Source: Zootoca vivipara
Taxonomy: Eukaryota
Direction: 5' to 3'
NCBI RefSeq assembly: GCF_963506605.1
Contig: NC_083287.1
Location: forward strand, 50,406,001-50,470,000
Length of the DNA: 64,000 nt
Part shown: positions 39,067-49,715 of the stretch, in pieces
How positions within the stretch are numbered: the stretch's first letter is position 1
Layout of the letters: each line of letters begins with the position of its first letter
Translations under genes and position numbers: made by a program
The notes under the pieces: model-generated
The model's input: only the letters and a program-made list of their open reading frames with translations
Database searches by the model: none
Told to the model about the DNA's origin: nothing

Positions 39067-40454
39067 ATGTATTTATATCTCATTTTTCTATGTTAAACAT
39101 TCATTCAAACTGGCTTACAGATTTTGTTTTAAGGTATAGTGAATGGTAAGAGAAGAATCAGAATGTACCATTTTGAAGTAGTAAAAGCAGCTGGAAGGTT
39201 AATATATACAGTGCTTCCAAACAGGGACTTAATACTGCAAATGAGTAGTGGAGAGATATTCCAAATGGCATGTTGGCAACAAAGAGTTGTTGTTTTTTTA
39301 ATACCAGAATTTCCCTGTGAAGGGGGGATACAGGTTGGCAGTTTGATACAAACAATGTTGTGTGGACACTGCAAAGCAAAAAAAGAAAACTTGCATGCAT
39401 GAGGAGCACTAATCCCACAATGAACACCCACATTTAGAGATTTTACTTTAAGAATGGCCACTGGAGCAACAGTGTTTTCAGCAGACTTTTAAAAAACATA
39501 GGGGCAAGGCTTAGCTCCTTTGGGAATATACATTCAGTTAGAATTATGCAATGCACATCTGCATGAAGTTATTTTTAACAGTTTATTTTTATCCAGAGCT
39601 CTTAGTTTCCAAAGGAACCAAATAGTTTTGCACACAAACGGAAGAGGAAAGAGCATCATAACTGGATAGTCAGGCTATGTACCAAGGGGTGCCATTGGGC
39701 AAAGATAATTAACTATGGAAGAGAGTGCTGGACAAGGAAATAGCACTTCATCCCTTGACTAGTGAAAGCATTTTCCTATTCCCCATTTTTAAAATGTTTT
39801 AAAGGTTCCCTCCAGAAAAAAGAGACCCTCTTAAGAATATTGGGGGGCAGGGGGAGGGGCAAAGGAAGCATGGCTTTTTTGCAGTCCTCAGATGAGGACT
39901 AGACCATGTGAAAAATGAATGTAAGATTTTAGGTGCAGCTCATTCATTTTCAGCTTTGTATTCTAGTTATAAAAAAGTATGTCTAGACATTCTGTTGTTG
40001 TGTCCATAACCTAGGTTTAAGGTGCCATTTAGCTCCTAGCTTTCACATCTCAGTTTCTAACACTTCTCACAACTCAAGATACACCCATCAATTACTAGAG
40101 ATAAAAGCACATGTTTCTTTTACACAAGACAACATGTGTGGAATTCACATGGAATTCAAGAAATGCATGGCCATCTTAATTGGGGGATGTTTTAATGTTG
40201 CGCTAGTTGTATTTTTAGTGCAGTTATTGCATTGCTTTTATTCCGTGAGCCAGAGACCTTTTTTAATGTTATAGGCCAGCCTATAACTAATGGAAATCAG
40301 TAAACAATTTCACCACTACAAGAGACAGCTATGGCTGATGACTTTACAGGGGTATTGGGTGGGTGGGGGAGTGCTCAAGAGGATTCATCTGTCAATGGCT
40401 ACCAACCACAATGGCTACATGAAGCCTCCACCTTAGTAACCACAGAAAGGAAAA

Positions 40455-40514
40455 GGAAGGAAGGAAGGAAGGAAGGAAGGAAGGAAGGAAGGAAGGAAGG
40501 AAGGAAGGAAGGAA
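40455..40514 (+). repeat. (GGAA)15 microsatellite
   Basis: direct reading. Confidence 0.95.
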
Positions 40515-40598
40515 CATTGGGAGAGAGGTGCTACCCGCCTGGCCCTGTGCTTGTGGGTTTCTGGTTGGTCACTGTGAGAAGTCGAATGCTGGAATTTT

Positions 40599-41000
40599 GG
40601 TGTTGACCTTTAAAGCCCTAAACGGCCTCGGTCCTGTATACCTGAAGGAGCGTCTCCACCCCCATCGCTCAGCCCGGACACTGAGATCCAGCGCTGAAGG
40701 GCCTTCTGCCGGTTCCCGCATTGCTAGAAGTGAGGTTACAGGGAACCAGACAGAGGGCCTTCTCGGTAGTGGCACCCGCCCTGTGGATCGCCCTCCCATC
40801 AGATGTCAAGGAAATAAGCAGCTATCCTATTTTTAAAAGACATCTGAAGGCAGCCCTGTTTAGGGAAGTTTTTAATACTATATTGTTTTAATACTCGATT
40901 AGGAGCCGCCCAGAGTGTGGCTGGGGGAGACTCAGCCAGATGGGTGGGGTACAAATAATATATTATTATTATTATTATTACTACTACTACTACTACTACT
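40599..41000 (+). mobile_element. L2-type LINE 3' end with (TAT)n(TAC)n tail
   Basis: VLTFKALNGLGPVYLKERL..RTLRS C-terminal peptide; 3' UTR ...agatgggtggggtacaaataa and simple-repeat tail. Confidence 0.7.
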
Positions 41001-41255
41001 TGGGGGGTCTTTTCCAGCAGGATTCCGCTTATGACGCTGGCGCTCAGATAGACTGCCTCTGCGTGCGGAGGTTCCACCTGGCCGTAACAAACCGCCGACG
41101 GAGCCTGCGAGCTCCGTGCGATAAGGGAGTAATAATACCGAATGACAACAAATGAGAGGAGGAAGGCGAACGCCCCGTCACGAATATAAGCCGAGCTTCG
41201 CTTTCCTTCCTCCTCCAGCTGCTTCAGCAACCGCGTCCGGGGAGCTCGCCCTTAC

Positions 41256-41318
41256 CCCGTGCACGTGATATCCCTCGGAGCCCCCGTCGGGGACTTCGGA
41301 GCTGGAGCCCAGCCCCAT
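41256..41318 (-). CDS. GORASP1: GORASP1 exon 1 (coding part)
   Basis: ATG GGG CTG GGC..GGG|gtaagg; MGLGSSSEVPDGGSEGYHVHG. Confidence 0.94.
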
Positions 41319-41767
41319 GAGGGCCACCTCAGGAGCTCGGAGGCGACACCGGCGACGACATCCTCATTCTCCCCCAGCCGCCGCCGCCGCCAAGTTCCAA
41401 CGCTGCAGCGCCGACTGAGCATGCGCAGGGAGGGCGGGAGGTTGGTGGAGGGACGCAGCTGACCACAGAGTAGCCGACGCGCTCGCGCTCTATAGGCTGA
41501 GGGCTTCCCCTCCACGTGACGGCCCGCCCGGACAGGCTACCACAGGGAGGGGAGGGGTTTTCGCGCCTCGAGAAAGATGACGAGGAGGATCCGGAGGGCG
41601 AGACGCGGCTTAGCAACGGGGAGCGGGAAGGGGCGTGGCCGCAGGTAACCACTCACGCCGGGCGGCGGTTGGCTGCTCGAGGTGTTCGTCTTGAGAAGGG
41701 AAGGCGGCGCGTGCCGTGGCGGCGGTTGGCGTTTCGAACGTCCCCCAGGCGGCTGCTGTCGGCGGCC

Positions 41768-41794
41768 ATGGCTGACGAAGACCCTCAGGCCTTG
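41768..41794 (+). CDS. TTC21A: TTC21A exon 1 (coding part)
   Basis: strong Kozak gcggccATGG; MADEDPQAL|gtactc; 27 nt, phase 0 into exon 2. Confidence 0.8.
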
Positions 41795-42154
41795 GTACTC
41801 CATTTCCCATCCCAAAGGGAGAGGGCTGGTTGGCTGTGGCTGGTGCCAGGCCCCCGTTATTAATTCGTGGGAGGTTTAAACTCCTGCCTTTCCTGTGTAG
41901 ACGGATCACCAAATGGCTCTTACGCGGACTTTAGCCCGCCGCCCCGCCCCCTCCTTTGCTGTGCCTTGCCTACCTCACAGGGGTGTTGTGAAGTTAAAGT
42001 GAAGAGGGAGCACTGCTTACACCATGCACTTTCCTGTATCCATTGTGTTGAGCCTCCCCACCAGAGCGGGGCGAGATTCCAGCGGTCCAAGACGATTACC
42101 CAGGGTCTGGGTTCCTTGGCCTTTGGGGCAGCGGAGATTGCGGTGTCTTTATGA

Positions 42155-42353
42155 TACAGTGGTACCTCAGGTTGCGACCCGATCCGTTCTGGGGTGCCAT
42201 TCGCACCCCGAAAAGTCTGCCACCCGAGTGGCGTTTTTCGTGCATGCGCGATAGAGCGCTTATGCGTAAAGCGCACAGAATGCTTTTGCGCATGCACGCG
42301 CGTATCACGAAAAAACGCAACCCGCAGCGGACGCAACATGAGGTATGACTGTA
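42155..42353. mobile_element. CpG-rich Tc1/mariner (Tigger-like) MITE
   Basis: TA-CAGTGGTACCTC...GAGGTATGACTG-TA. Confidence 0.8.
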
Positions 42354-42499
42354 CACCGTTTATTGGCACACATATACAACCTGAGCCTACAACAGAAAGG
42401 TCTTGCTCCTCCCATAGCCACAACCTTGGATTCAAGCAGAAACCAACCATGAGATCCCGGGTATAGGGCGGTATATAAATTCAATTAATTATAATAATA

Positions 42500-43035
42500 A
42501 CCTGAAGCTGCAGTTTGTGCAGAATGCTGCAGTGCGATTGCTGAAAGGAGTGAGACCTTCCCAGTATATAACATTTGTGCTCGGAGATCTGCACTGGTTG
42601 TCAATTTGCTACAGGGTCAGGACCCTTAGTATACAAAGCCTTAAAGAATTTGAGACCTGTTAGCTGTGAGAACACCTTATATTTGCCTTGTCAAGCACTA
42701 CAGTCTGGGGAACTAGCACTGTTACAGGTGCCACATAATACCCATTCCACATCCGTAATAAATCATTATTTTAGTGTGGCTGCACCTACACATTGGAACT
42801 CCCTGCCTATTGATACTGGGCAGGTGCCTTCACTGTACTCTTCAGCACATACTATACACATTTGTTTGGGCAAGCCTGCCCAGTTATCTAGAATGCTGAT
42901 GTGTTTTTAGTTTAATGTTGGTTTTAATTTTTTGAAAGCTTTAATTGTTTACTAATAATGTTATTGTTTTATTCTTTTTCTAAACTGCTTTGAGGAATTT
43001 TACAAAACTGGCATATAATTTTTATGAAATGCATA
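42500..43035 (+). mobile_element. old L2-type LINE 3' fragment
   Basis: KLQFVQNAA-like and AAPTHWNSLP motifs; homologous to 12030-12690. Confidence 0.6.
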
Positions 43036-43078
43036 ATAAACAAGCAAGCAATGATTTTCTCTTTCTCTCCCCCTCAAG

Positions 43079-43208
43079 GCTAAAATTCTATACTATGCTC
43101 AAGAAAAATACTTCAACTATGTTGTTCAAGTGACAAACATTGAACTGGCAAAACATGCTAATGACCCAGTGCTGCTGTTTTTCAAGGGTTTTGCAACAAT
43201 TCTTCTTG
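43079..43208 (+). CDS. TTC21A: TTC21A exon 2
   Basis: tcaag|GCT..CTT G|gtaaat; AKILYYAQEKYFNYVVQ...NDPVLLFFKGF. Confidence 0.92.
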
Positions 43209-43549
43209 GTAAATACTTTAAATCAATAAACTTTGAAAGTACATCTTTCTAAAAACAAAATACAGTGTAAAAGCCTAATTGAGCTAAATGAGGTTTTTTT
43301 TAATGCATCTGAGTTCTGCATTCTGAGGTAACTTGAGAACTGGAAACTTTTAAAAAAGATGAAACCTGAGTATATCAAAGGCTAGGAAACGCTAAGTTTC
43401 ATGTTAGGAACTGACCCCAGACTGTGGTGTGCAAGTGAAAACAGAAAGTGCACCATGCTTGCATATATCTCTGGTATTGTTTTACCATTCTAATAACCCA
43501 CCCTAAAAATATGGCACTCCCATGAGTCAATTGTATTACATCCTTGCAG

Positions 43550-43663
43550 GCCGAATTCAAGAAGGCATTGTACTACTAGAGAATGCCCGGAAGCGCCATG
43601 TAGATGTTTCCTTATGTTGCCTCATGGGTATCATTTATGCACACAAAAGATGTGAAAACGTTG
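43550..43663 (+). CDS. TTC21A: TTC21A exon 3
   Basis: tgcag|..GTT G|gtaagt; RIQEGIVLLENARKRHVDVSLCCLMGIIYAHKRCENV. Confidence 0.92.
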
Positions 43664-44192
43664 GTAAGTTCTGTGCTATTAAATACATTTTGTGCCATTC
43701 ATTACAAGTTGCCAGAAATGAGAGATTTGGTATTTCCATTAAAAGTATTAAAATCAATCAAACAAAAATTGAGGGTGGGGGGTAGTGAAAAAATAAATCA
43801 AAAATAGGGTATGATCCTGCCGTCTTGAGTATGGAAGGCTGGCAGAAGAACTGGAGAGAACTGGAAAACTTCACTGCACAGTTTTGCAAGTTACACTTAA
43901 AATTACCCTAAGTACACTTTTGGAATAGCAAGCAAGACCTAGAGTTTTAAGTTCCATCAGTTTCAAATGCAATTTGACTTAATTCACGTTTAGAACATAA
44001 CATGAAAAAAGACCTGCAATTCTATAAGTATTTCATACCTTGCACACTTCATGATGTAACTTTCATCCCCAAATTGTTTTCCTTGAATCAGCCCTAGGAG
44101 CCTCTTTGTTGGCCCATCTTGTGTGATACGTGAAAACCAGACAAGTGGATAACAAGGTAGCATATACCACCACCCGTCCTGTTTACTTTCAG

Positions 44193-44359
44193 ATACCTCT
44201 GCTGTTTTGGACTTGGAAACCAAATTAAAGGAAGCGCGGAAGATCGCCGGAAGTAATGCATTGTATTATGGTGGAATGTTTATGTGGCTAATGAATAAAA
44301 ATGATAAAGCAAAGGAGTATGTTGACAGAATGCTGAAAGTGTCTAATGGAGCAAGAGAG
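44193..44359 (+). CDS. TTC21A: TTC21A exon 4
   Basis: ttcag|..GAG|gtaaag; TSAVLDLETKLKEARK...KAKEYVDRMLKVSNGARE. Confidence 0.92.
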
Positions 44360-44930
44360 GTAAAGTGGAGTAGATCAGGCTGTTCACTGAACATTGAAAT
44401 GTGCCAGACCTATTAAATACTCCATAGAATGTATGCCAGAAAAGAATAGTTATAACCTTGCAAATGTCATCCTTGTTCAAAGACAGACTTCCTCATGCAT
44501 TGCCCTTCTGGATCAGAAGGACTCAAGCACACAAAAAGGAGCTGGGAGAAGGGACATATCTGCATCCAGAACTCAAGGTTGTATGCATAGTCACCCTGGA
44601 ATGTGTACTGGCTCTCAAACAGATGGTAAACATTGTCAGTTCTGACAGCACCAAACTGTCAGCACTTCTGTTTCAGGAAGGCCAGAGAGTGACTCTAGAC
44701 ATCTCCTTCACCCTTCCCAGTGTGACAGATGTTCAGTGCTGGCAAAGCTGACAGTGCCAACCATCTGTTCAGTTGAGGAAGTCAGTTGAAATATATGTGA
44801 TCAGCCTTCTGGACTGGGGCCAGTGTACTACCTAATCTTCACTGTGTTTCTCATTGCTTATTGTGAAATCCGACCTGTTCTTTCGCATCAACGTGAATCA
44901 GTCGATAAACTGCATTATCTTATAAAGGAA

Positions 44931-45608
44931 CACTATTTTTCGTTCCATAAGACGCACCTTTTTCCTCCTAAAAGGTAAGAGGAAATGTCTGTGTGTCTTA
45001 TGGAGCGAATGCATGGTCCCTGGAGCCAAATTGCCCAGGAGCTAAAGGCAGATGTGCTTTTTTTTTTTAAGAAAGAGCCAAAGGCTAACAAGAGGGAATG
45101 AGCTGAAAGGAATGGCTCAGCAGCTGATTGCAAGAGATCGGGGAGGGAGATAAGAGAGCTAGCTCCCTTCCCGGCCCCTCCCAGCCCTTTGCCTAGGCCT
45201 CAATTGTTGTCTGCAGAGGGAAACATGTGACTGGCTGATTAGATTATCTGTCTGGAAACTAGAAATGGGTTCCTTTCCTATAGAAGAAGCTGCAGAACTG
45301 TGAGTTGAACCCCATAAAAACAGGATTTTTCCCCTTGCAAGGAAACTCAGCAACTTTGAGCTGATCCTAAAAAATGGAGCTTTCTCCCCTTTGCAAAAAA
45401 GATGCACAACTTTGAGCTGATCCTTTAAAAAATGGAGCTTTCCCCCTTTGCAAAAGAAGCTTCCTCAAATATTTAATGGGGGGGGGCAAAGGCACCTAGG
45501 CCTCTAGGAGTTGGCTGCTATGCCTAGGACAATTCAAGAAAGCAAAAAAATGTTTATTGTTTTCCTCCTCCAAACTGGGTGCGTCCTATGGAGCGAAAAA
45601 ATGCGGTA
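44931..45608. mobile_element. non-autonomous Tc2/pogo-like DNA transposon
   Basis: imperfect TIRs tatttttcgttccataagacgcac / gtgcgtcctatggagcgaaaaaatgcgg-TA; internal tandem caactttgagctgatcc..cccctttgcaaaa units. Confidence 0.7.
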
Positions 45609-46877
45609 TATACCTTGAGTCCGGTCTTGGCTGGGGAGGGCGGGGTATAAATAAAATTTATTAGTATTAGTATTAACGTATACACAGCAGTAATTCCCAG
45701 TGAGTTAAATGCACACTCCCTGTCAAGTGTGCAGAGGAGGATAACAACTTGATACTTCCATGTTTTAATACGAGTTCCTTCATTCTTAAAAAATCTTAAC
45801 TATCAACACCCTAGATTCACTAGACAGCTTATGATTGGACTGAAAGTGATGAAGCCCAATCTAACAAAGTGGATTTCTCCACTTTGGTGCAAAAGCAAAT
45901 TAAATTAAAATTGGTTTTGTTTGTTAAATGAAAACACCCCTTTTTCTACTTAGCTTTGAAAGGGGTTGGGGAAATTAATGGCATTTACCATTTATCAATG
46001 GTTATCACCCAGCTGTAAAAGCTAAACGAAACATTAAAGTTCCTAAAGGCTGGGAACATACAGGAGGTGAATGCAGTTGCTTATGGACTTCCAAGTGTTT
46101 TTGACTAGCCCAGAATGCAGCTTCAGAGGAACCCTTGATCTGATCCCTCAGGGCACTTTGTATATTGTTGTGGATTTGCTTCTGTGTATTGTAGTGAGAT
46201 TTTGTTTCCTGTGCAAGTTAAATAAGAGTAATTTATCACCAAATGTTTATAGTTTGCAATCCTCTATACCGCATGTGGATAAGGATAATCCACAACCTGC
46301 CGGTGGCCCTCATAGGTCTTCAGTCCAGTCCAGTCCAAACTCCCAAGCTGTTGTCTCTGCCAAATCCCCCCTAGTCTGCCACAGTTATCCCTATGTGTGT
46401 TCCTCATATAAATTGCATAACTCTCAGCCAACCAAGCAGCTGTGCTAGGGGTGCAGTTGTGATGAGGAAGCAGCATGGGGAAAGTTATTTCCTGTGCTCC
46501 TTCCTCCCCACCACAATTATATGTGAGTTTGAACGGCTTCTTCCACCACTGGCTCTGGCACATCCATGCAGCCCCCAACAGCCCAAAAAAGTGTGCTGTA
46601 CACACTTATCTGGAAGTAAGCCCCATTGAACTATGTAGAACTAAATTATGGATAGATGTTCATAGGACTGCAATGTAAAAGAAATAAAAAACATTTCAAT
46701 ACTTTTAAAAGTGATGTGACTATTTTGATATGATGTATACAGCCAACTACTCAGTAGGTTGTTAGGCTTTGTTGTCTGAGATCCTTGTATGGCTCATAGT
46801 GCAGAAAGGGTATCACCTTTGCCAGACCATATTCAGAGGTAACCATTATTTGACTGCAACAGACTCCCTTGGAACAG

Positions 46878-47016
46878 ACATTCCTTAATTGGTGGTTTTT
46901 AAGCAGAGGTTGGATGGCCATCTGTTGTGGATGCTTTAAGTTGAGATTCCTGCATTGCAGGGGTTGAACAAGACCCTCAGGGTCACTTCCAACTATACAA
47001 TTCTATAATTCTATGA
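46878..47016 (+). mobile_element. CR1 LINE 3' end
   Basis: aagcagaggttggatggccatctg...ttccaactatacaattctataattctatga (CR1 ATTCTRTG-type tail). Confidence 0.75.
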
Positions 47017-47594
47017 CAGCAGGATGCAGGAGAATTCTAGAAAGTATCCTTTGGATCTGAGGATGCTGGAAGGGAAGCAAGTACAGGGGTTGGTAATATG
47101 GGGGAATGAAGGCTTTGCTGCTGCTTTAGTAGAGGTCTTCACAGTACTATGTTCTTCCAAGATTGCTTTCTGGAATCATTCAAAGATAAGTCCTAATGAG
47201 TCTTGTGGCCTCTGGCTCCAAGAACTTTTCAAATCTTAGTTCTGGGTTCTGGGAGAGGGAGAACTTTCTAATACAAAACCTACAACCTTAATTATCGGTG
47301 TGTTCCAAACATGTGTATCACACTCTTCCTGCTCAGTTGGTGGTGGGTGGGGAAACAGCAGAATGTGAATTGTCTTGGCAAAAGGATGGTATTTGTTCAT
47401 AGTTACATTTTTCAGAAAATACCAGTGCCCTAAGGTTTCTTATATATTTGGTTTCTAATTGCGTTTAATTTTTGTATCTGAAAAAAGTAATGGTATGTGA
47501 ACTATTAAATTGACATTCTATTGGCATACTAATGCTGTAATTGAAGAGTTTCATTACTTTGCTGAGGAGGTGTTTGTTTTTTCCACCTCTGCAG

Positions 47595-47717
47595 GGACTA
47601 GTTTTGAAAGGATGGATATATGTTACCAGTGACAAAGCTCATGCTGCTAAGAAGGCTATAAAATATTTGGATGAAGGGATTCAAGACAATACAGAAATAT
47701 TTGGGATGTTGGGAAAG
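47595..47717 (+). CDS. TTC21A: TTC21A exon 5
   Basis: tgcag|..AAG|gtagat; GLVLKGWIYVTSDKAHAAKKAIKYLDEGIQDNTEIFGMLGK. Confidence 0.92.
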
Positions 47718-47796
47718 GTAGATAATTTACTTTTAGCTTTGCTATCATTCTCTCTCCTTTTAGAGAGGATAACCAAGTGGTTAGAACTATACCCCT

Positions 47797-48135
47797 GGAG
47801 GCATCTTACCCATAGAGGCTAGTAGCACAGGGTGCCGGGGTGCCAAATTCTGAAGGGTGCCAGGGAAAAGGCGGAGACTGGACGCTCGCCATGCCAAAGC
47901 AATACCGTGCCCAGAGCCTCTGTCTGATGTGGCCACTGCGGCACAAAGCGGCCAGCTGAGCAGGGAGGCACCGCGTCCAGCCTTCACCTCTTTCCTGCCA
48001 GAGGAGCCGCCCTCCAGCCGCTGCCCGCCTCCTCCAGCCCCGCCGGCAGTGCTGTCCTCCCTTAAAAAAACTGTGAAACGGGGGCACCGGAGGGAGCTTT
48101 GCACCACGGCGCCGGATATGCTTACGACGGCCCTG
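47797..48135. mobile_element. GC-rich hAT-like MITE
   Basis: right end cttacgacggccctg, degenerate left end; internal ggtgcc/ggcacc repeats. Confidence 0.45.
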
Positions 48136-48265
48136 CTTGGGGTATTGCAAATCCAACTCCAAAATCCTTTAACTTGATCCTATGCAGAGCTAGGTGCACT
48201 TTAAGCCCATTGAAATCAGTGGTCATATCTGTCACTAACTCTGTGTCAAAACAAAATTTAAAAAT

Positions 48266-48345
48266 TCCTTCCAGTATCACCTTAGAGACCAACTAAGTTT
48301 GTCTTTGGTATGAGCTTCCGTGTGCATGTATACTTCTTCAGATGC
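48266..48345 (-). mobile_element. Penelope-like element fragment with degenerate hammerhead motif
   Basis: homologous to 49338-49418 and 60287-60366; core GAAA mutated to GGAA. Confidence 0.7.
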
Positions 48346-48593
48346 AGTGGTGACAGCATGTGTACTCCATACTCGTTTTTTAAAAAGGAAACTTCTGCCA
48401 TAGGCATCTCTCACTGGGCAGCTGTCTTCTGACTACAAAACTGTATTGGATTGATTTTGCTGGCAAAATCCAGGATAGGTGAATGTGATGTGACTCCATT
48501 ATGAACTGTCCACAGTGTTGGCATACATCCACTCAAGTGCCTATTCCAAATGATATGTATTTTTTCTCTCACCCCCCTTCCCACTTTCTGTAG

Positions 48594-48751
48594 GCAAAAT
48601 ATTTCATGGTGCAACAGAATTACTCTGGAGCTCTGGAAATAATTAGCCAGTTAGTAGTTACTTTCCCTTTATTTACACCAGCCATTGTCATCAAGATGAG
48701 ACTACATTTAGCATCACAGGACTGGGAGCAAACTGCAGAAGAAAGTAAACG
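48594..48751 (+). CDS. TTC21A: TTC21A exon 6
   Basis: tgtag|..CG|gtagga; AKYFMVQQNYSGALEII...QDWEQTAEESK. Confidence 0.92.
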
Positions 48752-49337
48752 GTAGGAGGTGATTTTCAGCAATGGAAGAAACTGAGACGTGCCATTTCAT
48801 TTGTAAACAGGTTGGCCAACCTCTATATAGGAAGCTGCCTCTCACTGAGTCCTGTATTACTGACTAGCACGGTGACTTTGGATTCGCAGGCACATACTTG
48901 GTTGTGACCCTGCAGCCTGGGTATGAATCTTTAGACTCCTGCCTGGTGGGTGGTTTGATGTTTCCCTTAGACTCCACCAGGGGCTTATCTGCTAGCACTC
49001 AGGCTGGAACCCACCCTGAGGACCCTTCTGGAGAATCCTCTGGAAGCAGCTTCACCAGGGAGTCTCAGGATCTCCATGGCTGGCAACAGGAGACATACCT
49101 GCTTCTCCATGTCTTTGGCTAATAGGAGAGATGGCAGTGGTCAGGGATGATGAGAGCTGTCAGTTAAAGCATCTGTTTGGGAGCAGTTTGGGAAGATAGG
49201 AGTCTTTCCTAGTCCTAGAGATGTCAGAGATTGAACCTGGAATGTTTTACATGCAAAGCTTGTGCTCCTCCATTGACCTTTAGTTCTTTCCCTATAAAGT
49301 GGCTATTTAAAATATAATCATAATTCTTCTTATGGAT

Positions 49338-49418
49338 TCCTTCAGTAGCACCTTAAAGACCAACTAAGTTTTTATTTTGGTATGAGCTTTCGTGTGCATG
49401 CACACTTCTTCAGATACC
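49338..49418 (-). mobile_element. 81-bp Penelope-like element fragment
   Basis: 13-bp TSD TCTTCTTATGGAT at 49325-49337 and 49419-49431; identical to 60287-60366. Confidence 0.8.
49379..49418 (-). ncRNA. minimal type I hammerhead ribozyme motif (PLE-type)
   Basis: minus strand GGUAU-CUGAAGA-A-GUGUG(CAUG)CACAC-GAAA-GC-UC^AUACC. Confidence 0.7.
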
Positions 49419-49715
49419 TCTTCTTATGGATGTTTAACATAATGGCCAGTAGGTGTCCCCAGTACCTACACAGTTACAGACTGTGTTGGCTACTGTGTTC
49501 TGTGCCTTCCTGGTGCTCCTGAGTCTTCTAAATCTAACTCTCCACTTTCAGCAGATAAGTCACAAAATCCATTTTTTTTGTCTTTCTAAACCTTAAATTT
49601 GTTTTCTCCTTTATCTGAGTGTGACTCTGTAGCAATAAGTATGTAGCTTTTAATTAATAATAGATTTTCTTTCTTTCAATAATAGGCCTAATTGAAATTA
49701 AAATAGCATAAATAA

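Larger units (their letters stand above)
26881..41318 (-). other. GORASP1: GORASP1 (GRASP65, Golgi reassembly-stacking protein 1) gene, complete CDS, 9 exons, 422 aa
   Basis: complement(join(26881..27152,27935..28084,28636..28771,29222..29366,31020..31150,32211..32297,32934..33137,35008..35088,41256..41318)) = 1269 nt in frame; N-terminal MGLG (myristoylation Gly2), tandem-PDZ GRASP domain, QPPPPVQRVMDPG motif; syntenic between WDR48 and TTC21A. Confidence 0.95.
41030..41960. promoter_or_regulatory. CpG island / bidirectional promoter of GORASP1 and TTC21A
   Basis: GC- and CpG-dense; divergent ATGs at 41318(-) and 41768(+); NRF1-like TGAGCATGCGCA 41416, E-box CCACGTGAC 41512, E2F TTTCGCGC 41559, GC box GGGGCGTGGC 41630, X-box GTGGCC-GCA-GGTAAC 41635. 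Confidence 0.88.

Noticed and set aside
26881-41318. GORASP2 instead of GORASP1
   Set aside because: The MGLG N-terminus, QPPPPVQRVMDPG motif and WDR48/TTC21A synteny indicate GORASP1.
41252-42466. Many overlapping 65-176-aa ORFs
   Set aside because: Stop-codon depletion in a CpG island and MITE; only the short first exons of GORASP1 and TTC21A are supported.
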